DNA from: Azolla caroliniana
Taxonomy: Eukaryota > Plantae > Polypodiophyta
Length of the DNA: 64,000 nt
Assembly: GCA_043228905.1 (NCBI GenBank)
Contig: JBHGNT010000004.1
Location: forward strand, 14,322,001-14,386,000
Direction: 5' to 3'
The notes under the pieces were generated by a model that worked only from the letters and a program-made list of their open reading frames with translations, was not told the origin of the DNA and ran no database searches. A program made the position numbers and the translations under genes. Positions 49,701 through 61,603 of this stretch are shown here, one piece after another. Every line of letters starts with the position of its first letter. Positions within the stretch are counted from its first letter, which is position 1.

Positions 49701-52700
49701 TGAAAAGAATGGCGTGCGGAAGCAATATAGAAAAAACGAACAACAGAAAACGCAGGTTTAATGGAAAGCTTAGGTTTGCACAGTGCGCACGGGAGAGACA
49801 AAGAGAGAGTAAACACAAGAACTTAATTCAAAAAGATAATACTCAATCTGTACATAGGATGTGCTCAGTGAGCACTTTTATACAAGCCCTGAAAATCAGG
49901 CTGACACAAGTACTAACAGTACTTGACTGCTCATAAATGAGCCTCGACTTACTCCCAAAGCTATTCCTTACGAGGAATATCTTTCTAACGGCCTTTCAGT
50001 TTACGCACCGATACTGCCTTCCTACGCACCGGTTTGCGTACCGTTTTACGCATCTGTTTTACGCACTGGTCCGGCCTAACTGATCGGTCCCAACCGATTC
50101 GGTCCTTGGCTTGCTCAGCCGATCCGGCGGATGTTGAGCTTGTCTCTCAACACTCCCCCTCAAGCTCAACTTGAGGCTCTTCGGGATCTTCCGGATCACC
50201 GCTCCGGTTCCTCCTCGCTCCACGCCTCGCTCGCACTCCTCGGCCTTTTCGACTCCGTGCGCTTCGACCCTTCCGGTCAGTACGGCCCTTCATAACTCCC
50301 TTGTTGTCGCAGTGTTGGTGCTTCTCCTGCTGCCTTCTTTTCCGCTTGGCCCTCGGTTGATTCAGTGTATCCGAATCAAACACTCAAACCGACTCGGCTA
50401 CCTCCGATCGGTTTTCTCTCTCGTCTGAGTTGGTTGTCTCCACGCGGTCGATTTCACCTAGGTCGGCGTTGGTGATGACCAAGTCATCAACATATAGTAA
50501 AATACTAACCGGCCCGAGTCGACCTTTCCGGATGAACAGGGAAGAGTCCGATTTTGATGTTGCAAAGCCCATCCGACGCAGTTGCTACGTGATCTTCGCG
50601 TTCCAGGCACGCGGGGCTTGCTTCAATCAGTAAAGGGACTTCTTCATTCGGCACACCACCAAGGTGTTCGTTCCGGAGTGAAATCCGGGGGGCTGTACCA
50701 TATACACTTGTTCCTCAAGCTCACCTTGCAGGAACACATTCTTTACATCCATCTGATGTAAGTGCCACCCCTTTGCCGCAGCTACCACGAGCAAAACATG
50801 GATGGTCGTCATCTTCGCGACTGGCGCAAATGTCTCATCGTAGTCGATGTCGTGTTTCTGCACGTAGCCTTTTACCACTAATCGGGCCTTGTATCGGTTG
50901 ACCGAGCCGTCTGTGTTGTACTTGACCTTGTACACCCACCTACATCCGATCGGCTTCACACCCTTTGGTGCGTCAACCAGGTCCCAGGTCTCGTTTTCCG
51001 CCAATGCGTGCATCTCTTCCTCCATCGCGGTGCCCTAGTTCGCGTCCTTAGCTGCTTCTGTGTAGCTCTCTGGCTCACATGCTTCTGCTACACGGATCAT
51101 GTATGCATAATGATGCGCCATGTACTCGTTGTATCCGAACCGCACAACTGGGTTCTTCTGGCGGGTAGATCGGTGTAATCGGTCTTTAGCTGATGTCGAG
51201 GTCTTCTCGGCCGACGCGGACTTCGCTCTTGAAGACCCGTCACCGCTTTCCTCGGAGTCGGACTCGCGTCGGTCTGACTCGTTTCTATCTGTGCCGGAAT
51301 CCGACACCTTTTTCTTCCCTTTCTCTTTGCGCATAAGCCGTCTCCTCGGCTTCTTGCACGGGGAATGTACGACCGAGTCTCCACTACTCGCCGACTCTTC
51401 ATCGGACTGGTCGAAATGACTCAGTCGTCCATTTGGTCCACTTAACCAAAACGAAATTGGACTCTCTTCGCAGATCCCGATTTCAGGCTCATCCGGAGGC
51501 ATCTCATTCTCTCTGACCTCGTCGTCAGAACCTGGATTGGAGGTGAGGTCCGGAGTCGGGGGCAAGTACCAGGACGCGGACTCATCAAACACAACATCGC
51601 GGCTCACGCGCGCTTGTTTGGTACGCGGGTTATAACACTTATAGCCCTTCTGCTCGTCCGAATAGCCGACCAAGATAAACTTCTCGGCTTTCGCGTCCAA
51701 CTTCCTCCTTTTTTCCTTCGGCACATGCACATACGCAATGCTACCAAAAACTCGTAAGTGTCGCAAGTTCAGCTTCGTTCCAAAATATAGCTTGTGCGCC
51801 GACACTTTATCTCCGATCCGATTCTGGATGTATACCCCGGTCCTTACCGCCTCGGCCCAGTAGAACTTGGGCAAGCTCTTCTCTTCCAGCATTGCCCGTG
51901 CCGCTTCCACAACCGACCGATTTTTCCTCTCGGCCACGCCGTTTTGCTCCAGCGTGTATCTGCAACTGAATTCGCACCAAATTCCCATCTGTTGTAGATA
52001 ACCGTTGAATTGACCGGAAAAGTATTCTTTTCCGCCATCCGACCGCAGACACTTGATCTGTCTTCCTGTTTCCGTTTCCACGAACCCTTTGAGGTCCCGG
52101 ATATAGTCAAAGACTTCGCTCTTCCTCTCCATGAGGTAGATCCATGTGTGCCACGTGTAGTCGTCGATGAAGGAGACGAAATATCGGCTCCTGCCAAGAT
52201 TAATGTTTTGTGTCGGCCCCCACACATCAGAGTGTATCACGTCGAGCTTGTTCCGGCTCCGGTTACACTCGTTGGGGAAGGGAAGTCGGTGTTGCTTCCC
52301 AAGCTGGCAGGCTTCACAAATTTGTGCCTTCCGACCACTAAATTTGGGCAATCCGAACACCGCTTGTTTCAATTGCAGGTCTTGAAGCCGCTGGTAGTTG
52401 ACGTGGCCTATCCGCTTGTGCCATAAGTCGATGTCCGACTCAACTTTTTGTCCCTTCGCGAACATTGCGGTGCCACCGTCAGTAGAGTCGAGGATGAACA
52501 TCCTCCCATCTCTGCGCCCTTGTGCAATAATACGGCCTTCTTCCTCAATGAAGCACCCGAGGTGTGTAAACCGAACCTGCATCCCCTGGTCGACGATCTG
52601 GCCAACCGACACCAGATTCTTCGTGATGGTCGGGACGTGTAACACGTTCATAAGTTTCCCTTTCTGCCCGACATGGCTCAAGGGAACTTCACCGACATTC

Positions 52701-54008
52701 GCGATCGGATGCGGAGTGTCGTCTCCAGTTGCGACTACTCCTGGTTGCGTCGGTTTCTCAAGGTATGAGAACCACTCCTCGTGGCACGTCATGTGGTTTG
52801 ACACGCCGGAGTCGACGTACCACACCTCCTCCGACTTCGGGGTGATCTTCTTCATTGAGTTTGCTTCGTGTCTCGTCACGAAGACTGACCCTTTTCTGGC
52901 TTTTCCGGATCCTTTGGCGTAGTGCGATCACTGCCGGTTTCCTTTGGCGTAGTGCAATCACTGCCGGTTTCCTTTGTCGGTATGTCCGGAACTAGATCCG
53001 GAACCGGTCCTCTCCGACTCGGCGCGCTTTTTCCAACACTCGCTCTCCCTGTGGCCATTCTTGCCACAATACCAGCATTCTGTGGCGGATTTCCCTTGCT
53101 GGTTCTCGTCACCTCGACTCCCCCTGTTTCCGGAGGGTCCGGAATTGCTGTCGGCATCACTTCGGTGCCTTCTTCCTTGATCCCATTGGCCGTCTCCATT
53201 GCATACCGACTCGCCTCGTCGTTTTTGCATCCCGAACGTAGCTTAATAGTTGTTCACCCACACAAGACGTGAAGCAGTACAACACTCTGCTCACCAATTG
53301 TTCCCACACCGGGAAGTCTTTGTGTGTCGAATCGGGTGCTGTGTCATTTGCACCATCGACATAGCTCCAGTAACCGTGTCCAAGCAGGTACTGGTGCATC
53401 TTGTAAGACCAAGACGCGTAGTTGTTTCTGTCCAGCTTCTCCGTCGGAAGGGAGCTAGCCATTCCTCTGTCCATCGGTTTTCTTGTTCTTCTTCGTTGGT
53501 TTTTCCTTCGAGCAAAGTCGGCTGCAGAGGTTCTCAACCCTCACGCTCTGATACCATGAAAAGAATGGCGTGTGGAAGCAATATAGAAAAAACGAACAAT
53601 AGAAAACGTAGGTTTAATGGAAAGCTTAGGTTTGCACAGTACGCACGAGAGAGACAGAGAGAGAGTAAACACAAGAACTTAATTCAAAAAGATAATACTC
53701 AATCTGTACATAGGATGTGCTCAGTGAGCACTTTTATACAAGCCTTGACAATCAGGCTGACACAAGTACTGATAGTACTTGACTGCTCATAAATGAGCCT
53801 CGATTTACTCCCAAAACTATTCCTTACGAGGAATATCTTTCTAACGGCCTTTCAGTTTACGCACTGATATGGTCTTCCTACGCATCGGTTTGCGTACCGG
53901 TTTATGCATCCGTTTCACGCACCGGTCTGGCCTAACCGATCGGTCCCAACCGATCCGGTCCTTGGCTTGCTCAGCCGATCCGGCCGATGTTGAGCTTGTC
54001 TCTCAACA
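49701..54008 (-). mobile_element. Element F2: internally deleted copia inserted in the 5' leader of H
   Basis: 452-bp LTRs 49701-50152 and 53557-54008; perfect TSD TCAAG; PBS 53545-53556 abutting the LTR; PPT 50153-50164. Confidence 0.96.
50153..53462 (-). pseudogene. pol: gag-pol of F2; PR-INT open, gag core and RT end/RNase H deleted
   Basis: 614-aa ORF 51035-52879 (WYVDSGVSNHM, HSDVWGP, RSDGGKEY, QNGVAERKNR); RT to LYVDDLVI..EIDRV, then a jump to the 3' region. Confidence 0.9.
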
Positions 54009-56340
54009 TCAAGCGTCCTTATTTCCCCCTCGTTTACCACAAACTTTGTTGGTATGTTACCTAACCTCAAGTGTCGTAATTACGATGGCATACGCCAAAG
54101 TGCAACCTAATGGTCATGCCAAATGAGCCCTCTTTTCGTAGTAGGCCCACGTGGCCCATCACATGGTTACGTCATTACAAATGCATTTCGTAAGAATTAT
54201 CTCATGGTGGCATCGTATCCATGTAATGACAGAGGGATGTTGGATATGTGTGTCATAAGAGCGACCTCACATCAAGTGGGTCAAGCCCTACGTTCTCAAC
54301 ACCATTGTGGCTAAGATTGTTTCATTACGTAACGAAATCGAAGTCACCAACGGGGATGTCAGCAATAAAAATTTGTTGAAAAAGGGATGGTGACAACGGC
54401 ATTCTCACAAAAATGTGAGGACGGCCACCAAGATCCTTTCCCCGAAAAGGAAAACATTCGATATTGAAATCACGTAATAGCTTATATACACATATGTATA
54501 TTATCACATATATACGATCAAATACGTATACACGTGACCACATATGCATATATAAAAGAAATCGTAACATAAAATAGCCAAAAATGATGTAATCGCATAC
54601 GTAATCGAGGCATAAACCCTCTACTCACACGAAACATCTAAAAATAAGGGCTAATTGTAATACGCAATTGAGGTATTGACCTCATACGCATACGACACCA
54701 AACGCATATCATTTACATACAAATCAAGGTAATGTTCTCATATGCAAACGTAACATATGTTTGTGAACGTAATTGAGGTATTAACCTCGTACGCATACGA
54801 CACTAATCACATATTAAATATATGTCAAATGAGGTATTGACCTCGTACACATATGTAAATGCTTTATATAACCAATTAATTACAACTACAACATCATTGA
54901 ATTAATGGGAAAAAAATTAGATATGGCCATATACATGATTAGAAGGGAGAAGAAAAATAGAAAACAAAACAAGAAAGATTACCGAAGTTCCTTTGTTGAT
55001 CGCTGTCTAGATCAAGGTTGACCGCACATCGATCGATCACCATCAATCAAGAAGACAAAAGACAACAAAAGACAACAAAAGAAACATTAGAACATGAGCT
55101 CTGAAACCAACTGTTAGAGATATGATCTAATGTAAGCGTATGGTAAGGAGAAAAGAATGATAGATAGATAGATAGAAAGGAGAGAGAGAAAGAAGGGTGC
55201 CGATCCACCCGACCACCCCCTGAGTGAAGGGATCGAGACGGACTCGAGCCTTGATCGGCGTCCCATACCACCGTCATGGTGTCGAGTCGTACCTGGTGCT
55301 AGCGCGCTCGCTACAAGAGTTGAACCACCACGAAACAGAGTCTCGACGTAGTCAAAAGATGATGAAATGAGGGTAGCTAGGCATCTTATTTATAGTGATA
55401 CCCAAGGCCCCCAGGCAAGTTCACACTTGGCCTAATGGGTTGTCTCAATCCCGAGGATTAAAAGTAATCTTCCCCTTCTTTACACTCTCATTTAACCCTC
55501 ACACTTATCCACGTGTATAGAATACTATGGTAAATTCTCACCACGGGATATTATATGGTCATGCCCATAACAAACTCCCATGTCATCCTCCACTTCATCT
55601 TCAACTCCTGCCATAGATTCTAGCTCCCCAATAGAGATCGATCGAATTCGCTACCGACCATTGACAAACGCGCAATGACAACATTGATGGGCCAACAATT
55701 TATGTCTCTATTGTGGTGGTCCCGACCATTTGATCCGCTCTTGTCCAAAACACGGACCCTGTCAAACACCACATCGTGTGGATGGGGTTGACATTTTCCA
55801 CCAACAGGAAACCTCCAATGTCTAGTTGCAGTATGGGTTGTGTATCTAGACCGCAAGAGTCGGCAGTTGTGTCAAGGGCCCAATCAACTGACTTCCTCGA
55901 CAACAAGCTTCACGCTTCCGAACACTCTTCAGTTTGGCTCTACCACTCCGAAGACAAAAGCTTTGTTGGATTCTAGGGCTACATCGTTCTTTATTGATAT
56001 CATGTTTGCATGAACACACAACATTCCAAGCAACAAAATAATTGTCCCGATTTCAGTTGAAGTGATCAACGATCGAACGCTCTCTTCTGGTGCAATCACA
56101 GATACAACAATTCCCTTGAGGCATCACATAGGAGCCCACGATGAAGAAATCATTTTTAACCTCATCACATCACCTCGACATCCTATCATCTTGGGGTTAT
56201 CATGACTCAAGACTCACAATCCAATCGTGGATTGACGATCTCGCTCCATCAACTTCACCTTGAATTCTCACCCAGAAGGGGGATTGCTTCCACTCTTCTT
56301 CGAGCCAATGCTCCGCCATTTGTTTGGCCGCCTACTCCGT

Positions 56341-56567
56341 TGAGGACCACATCAACGGTTTCTCCAATTCCCCTTTCTGCTCCAGTGAGGACTGTGTCAA
56401 TGGTTGCTCCCACTCATGTTTTGGAGGCAACTCTCGTTTCTGCTCCGGGAGGACCACATTAGCGCTCGCTCCAATTCCCATTTTTGCTCCGGTGAGGACC
56501 ACGTCAATGGTTTCTCCCATTCATGTTTTGGAGGCAACTCCCTTTTCTGCTTCGGTGAGGACCACGT
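56341..56567. repeat. Alternating 45-bp and 62-63-bp tandem units in G
   Basis: (T/G)GAGGAC unit starts at 56341, 56386, 56448, 56493 and 56556. Confidence 0.8.
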
Positions 56568-59500
56568 TGTCGTGATGGATTCCAGCCATAAAGAGAAACA
56601 GAGCCGGATGCACGTGAAAGGGTGTGTGCACGGATGCACACAAACTTAAGTGATAGTCTTTGTTTACAAACTTAAGTGACTAGTATGTGCTAGGGAGTAG
56701 GATTTAATAGGTACTTTATAGACCGGCACGGATAGAGAGGATATGGGGATTTGATGTGAAGAAATCGGGGAGAATCTCTGCCCCTGATCGCGATGTAATG
56801 GTCTCCTCTTGTGCTATAAAAGGGGAGGCTTGAGCCTGTTTAGGGTATCAGGGATTTGGAGGACGAAATGTTGTTGGTTTGAGTGTTGAGCTCTCTCTCT
56901 CTCCCCCCCCTCTTTATGTGTCATGCGTTGTACTGATTCAAAGAAGAAGCTGAAACCTCTGCTCACGCTGGAAGCCGTGTGCTCCCGACCAGAGGTTCAT
57001 AGTTCTGTGCGTGTGTGGGTGTGGGTGTGCGCAACTCGCAGCTTTGTCGTCGGCCGAGTCCAGTTGTAATCTCTTCTTTTCTGATAATAGTTAGTATTTT
57101 GCTGAGTCTTCCCTTGTCTACAGGCATTACCGTGTTGTTCCTTCTTGCTTCTGTTGCATGTGTGTCTGTGTCTGTGTGCCGATGGGCTTATCGTTGTTGT
57201 TCGGCGCCCTACCCGGAATAGTTCACTCCTTCAATCCCCTGCGATAACCGGCCGGTATTCGGGAATCATTCCGGATCGGGCACGCGTCCGAAAACCGATC
57301 GGCGAAGCCATCCGAACTCCGATCTGTTCCTTCCTGCTCCCACCGGCTCGTTGGTCAGAGACCCCCGTGGTCCTGCCCCATTTTGATACATCCCCGCGGA
57401 ATACCGCGACATCTTTGGTGAACCGGACGTGAAAGGGGTGGCAGAGGAGTCCAAAAATTAGGGGAAGTGAACTCGCCGAAGCAATGGCAGTGGTTGTTGA
57501 CCGCCTAGTTAATGCTCATGAGAGCACTAGTGGCCTTGACAGGGCCGTGGAAACAATAGTCGGCACAATGTACCGATTCAACAGAAAGTACATCACGAAC
57601 TACCTAGAGGCCTTCAAGGCTGAGATGCTAATGAGAGATGTTCCGGACGATAGACGGTTGTCCGTGTTTTCACGGGTAGTTACGTCGAGCATCCATGCAG
57701 AGGTGCTCAAGGTGCAGGCCGACTGCCAAGGTTGGCTAGAGTTCGAGGAGCAGCTCCTCGACAAATACAACTTCGATGACTCACTCCAGTTGTTGAAGAG
57801 GGAGCTGATGGAGTGGGTTGAGAGCCTGGAAAGGGGAGGAACACATCGGTGCTCCTCCAGTAGTTTGAAAGATGATTCGCTCGACTCTCCACGTTGGACC
57901 GGACCGTGCTCGACATGACCAAGGTCCTATAGTTTATCAAGTCGTTCGATCCGCTCGACCAAGAGAAGGTAGGTCTCTTGTTGGAGACGGATGACGGGCT
58001 CATGACCGATTGGGCCGTTGTGAAAAGGGTTTGTAGTCGTTTCGACAAACGCCGAGAATGGAACGATGAGGGGTCATCAACGACTGGCACGGGTGCCAGG
58101 AAGAAGCCGGAGGAACTGATTCTAGCACGAGTGGAAGAGACATGAAGGTTGCTTGAGTTGGGCACGGCTCCGACCAACGTAGCTAGGGGCCCATCCGGGG
58201 GCGCAACTCTAGAGGAGTTGACGAAGATGGTGTGTGATCTCTAGATCAAGCAAGCACGGAGAGACAGTGGGGAACAATCACGTGACCGGAGGCCTCCAAT
58301 CGACCAATGATGCATGTGGCGCAATGCCATCGACCAAATCCGGAGAGAGTGCGTCGATTTCACTGAAGCACTCAAGAACGATATTGTGTATCTCTAGAAT
58401 GGGCGGTACATGCGTGCGACACGCAAAGGCCCCTCGAGGTGAACACTAGACGATAATGGAAGAAGTTGTTGTCCGGAAAGTCGAGGCCATCCACTACTTG
58501 GTGTCAACGGGGATCTGGGTAGGCGGGGAGAAGGGCACTAGATCCGGAAACGATACCAGATTCGGGTCGCTCATACTAGAAGGCATGTCGGGGGTGAGGC
58601 TACGGAAGGAAGAGGCAGACCGTGCGGAGGGGCAGGTCCAGGAAGGCACCAAATGGAATGATTCGGTTGAAGAGAAAATCGGCTTCGTAGAAGCCATGTG
58701 CTAGAACTATCAGGTTCTGGTCGAGGACAAACGAGCCGGAAAGGCCGAAGGGCTTGGTCCCTCAAACCGGTATGAGACCCAAAGTGGGCCGAAAAGGAAT
58801 GACGGAGGCCCAACCAGCCCATAGGGGACGGCGAAGGTTCCAAGCTTCTAGCTGAGTTCGGAGATAGAGAGGATGACGGGTTTGCAGAAGGTCCTGGAAG
58901 AGCGGATCCTCGATAGCAAGGTGGAGCTCTCGTTATGAGAGGTTCTAGGGATCGCAGAGAAGGAATTCCACAATTCCATGGTGGACCTGGTAAAGAGAAA
59001 GCGGCTCTCGATAGAGCTAGAGCCAGAGAAGCTGGTCAAAGTAAAGGTGACCCACATCGAAGAGGTGGCAATGGAAGAGGAGTTTCCGGAGAGCCACTAC
59101 ATGAACCCACATTGGGCCAGAGCGACAACAGAAACCCTAGTCCGGATCGGGGATGTGAAGGAACCGGTGGTGGCACTGATCAACCACTGATCAGAAATCA
59201 ATTTGATGTTGATGGACTTCAATAAGAAGGACCGGTGGCCAATCAACACCAAGCACATGTGGAAGATACGTGTAGCGTCCCAAGCCATAGAGGAGCTACA
59301 CGGGATGTGCCTGAATGTTTGGGTAAAGGTCGGGGATATGGAGATCGACCAGCACTTCTTCGTGCAAGAGACATCTTCCCATTCGGTAATTCTAAGGGAA
59401 CCTTACATTATGGTGGCTCGTATGGAGACCAAAGCTCGGGTGAAGAGCCAGGACGATCGGCATTCCGTCCAATTTTTGATGATTCGCCCCAACCACGAGT

Positions 59501-59673
59501 GGAGTCGCGACATTCTCGGCAACAATAGCCGAGAGGATTTTTGAAGAGTGCTATCAAGGCATGGGGACGCGATAGTCCAGACAACCAGAAGAAACCCCAC
59601 ACTTGTACACTACGTAGGAGTTTTTGGCCCTCTACTAATGGAGGTTGTACCATAACTGGCATCGGTGTCTGGA

Positions 59674-61603
59674 TGTTAAGATTCTATTACTAATCAATAG
59701 ACCAAACTAAAGTAAAAGAAGGAAAATAGAATGGATAGAAGAACCTGTTCCACCCGATCACCCCCGAGCTATGATCTAGACATAGCCAACCTACCACTGA
59801 CGTCCCATACCACTGGATATTAGGATGACTAATACCTTGGAAGAGATAAACACGATCGTCAAGACGAAAGCCTAGCCTGCACCACCGGTGTCTAAGACAA
59901 CAGCCTTCCGACGTAATGTGATTATGAGGGTAGCTAAGCCTCATATTTATACCTTTTCCTAGGCCCCTTGAATAGATGTGCCTTTCTAAAAGTCTCTCCA
60001 TTCATTGGTTGTCCAAACCATGATAGTGCATGCACCTATCATTCCTTCTATCCAATCATTAGTCCCCTTTTAAACATTAGTGAACATACCCTTCACTAAT
60101 GTAAATATTAATGACCTACCCTCACCAACGTTATGTGTACATAACATACTCCCCTACTTCAAAAGATTGCACTCTTGCAATATAAAGTGAGGAAATTGTG
60201 CTTTAAGAGTATGCTCACATTCCCATGTGGCATTATGAATAGGTTTATCCATCCATTTGACCTTGAATAGCCGAATCTCTTTAGAATGTAAACGTTTAGT
60301 ACGAGAATCAAGAATTCGTTTAGGAACATGAGGTTTGTAAGAAAAATGCTCTAATGTTACAAGATCTTGGATTGTGATGGTGTTATCACTAGAGCCTAAA
60401 AATGGTTTTAGACAACTGACGTGAAAAACAGGATGAATACCAACGTTACGGGGTAAGGCAAGGTGATAAGCAGATGACCCAACCCACTTAAGGATCTCAA
60501 ATGGGCCACAATATCGTGGGTCTAACTTAGTGCACTTACCCGTAGATAATGAAGTAGAGTCAATAGGGACACGCAAAAAAAAAAATTGACCAATAGTAAA
60601 TGCACGAGGACGTCTATCCTGATCAACATAAAATCGAGCACGATCTTGAGCCGTCTTGACATTCTCTTTGGCAATATGCAACATTTGGTTCATGTCTTGC
60701 AAAAAAATGCATGTATTGTCTAATGTATCACGATGAATCGTGACATCAACTGGGACACGTGCCTGAAAACCATACATCAACATAAAAGGACTATATCCAA
60801 TGGATGTATGTTTAGAGCTATCATAGGCAAATTCTAAGATAGGAAGGTATTGCTCCCACTTAGAAGGGGTTTTTGCTACATAAGCTCGAAGCATGTACTC
60901 AATAATTTGATTAACTCGTTCAGTTTGTCCATCAGACTGAGGATGATCTATGGAACTCATGCTCAACGTAGTGTCTAGTTTCTTAAAGACTTGAGTCCAA
61001 AAGTCACTAGTAAACTTAGAATCTCGATCACTAACAATATCCATCGGTAATCCATAAAAGCAAAATAACTCATCAACAAATTGATAAACCAATCGTTGGG
61101 CGGTTACCATGGTTTTGGTAGAAATAAATCTAGCCAATAACAATAAAATCCATCGAGATACTTTCCCATTTGTTGTTGGGAATATCTAAGGGATGTAAAA
61201 GACCGACAGCTTTAAGTTGTTCTGACTTCTTAATTGGACATTGTAAGCATTGAGTTACATATTTATGCACATAAGAGCGCATCTTAGGCTAGAAAAAAGT
61301 ACTCGAGATGAGAATGAGTGTGCGTTGTATTCCAGGATGACCAACAAATGGTGCATCATGACATTCATGAAGAATTTTCTGTTTTACGTTTTGTAAATCT
61401 GGAGCATAGACCTTTCCACTACGGTAGAGCAAACCATTTGTAATGTGAAAGGTCGCCTTCAAGGGTAGGGTGCTAGTATCGGCATCTAAACCATGATAGT
61501 GCATGCACCTATCATTCCTTCTATCCAATCATTAGTCTCGTTTTAAACATAAGTGAACATACCCTTCACTAATGTAAATATTAGTGACCTTGTGTACATA
61601 ACA
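59674..61603 (-). mobile_element. Element J: internally deleted chromovirus related to H
   Basis: 3' LTR 59674-60146 (TGTTA..TAACA) and PPT; INT-chromodomain 60154 to about 61480; LTR remnant about 61487-61603; TSD CTGGA/CCGGA. Confidence 0.88.
60154..61143 (-). pseudogene. pol: Integrase core, GPF motif and chromodomain of J
   Basis: SDRDSKFTS, HPQSDGQTERVN, YCGPF, HPVFHVS, FKVKW..NATWE. Confidence 0.9.

Larger units (their letters stand above)
44351..55572 (-). mobile_element. Element H: full-length chromovirus (Ty3/gypsy) with chromodomain, inserted in the gag of G
   Basis: LTRs 44351-44818 and 55112-55572; perfect TSD AACTC; PBS TGGTTTCAGAGC 55098-55109 (iMet-like); PPT 44819-44830. Confidence 0.95.
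43315..56567 (+). mobile_element. Element G: PEG10/Tcn1-like gypsy (LTR end at 43605, gag, protease) split by H and cut by I
   Basis: LTR ends CCGTGACA. Gag PDKFDG..LLTG*AQAWF..FEATFGE (43650-44350) resumes after H with NNLCLYCGGPDHLIRSC and protease KALLDSRATSFFI..PIILG (55578-56235). Confidence 0.82.

Noticed and set aside
55800-55830. CAGGAAAC as a PEG10-like G_GGA_AAC frameshift site in G
   Set aside because: Imperfect heptamer, single decayed copy, reading frames cannot be fixed, no clear downstream structure
56341-56567. CRISPR-like periodicity (also 6070-6420 and 25120-25270)
   Set aside because: The spacers are themselves repeated, there are no cas genes, and the context is eukaryotic retroelement
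26581-57411. LTRs at 26581 and 56568 as the two ends of one giant element
   Set aside because: The first follows a PPT (3' LTR) and the second precedes a PBS (5' LTR); they are also visibly diverged, so they are separate copies
59604-59673. TGTACAC as the left end of J
   Set aside because: TGTTA at 59674 matches the TAACA terminus and gives the TSD CTGGA/CCGGA; 59604-59673 reads as pol of I
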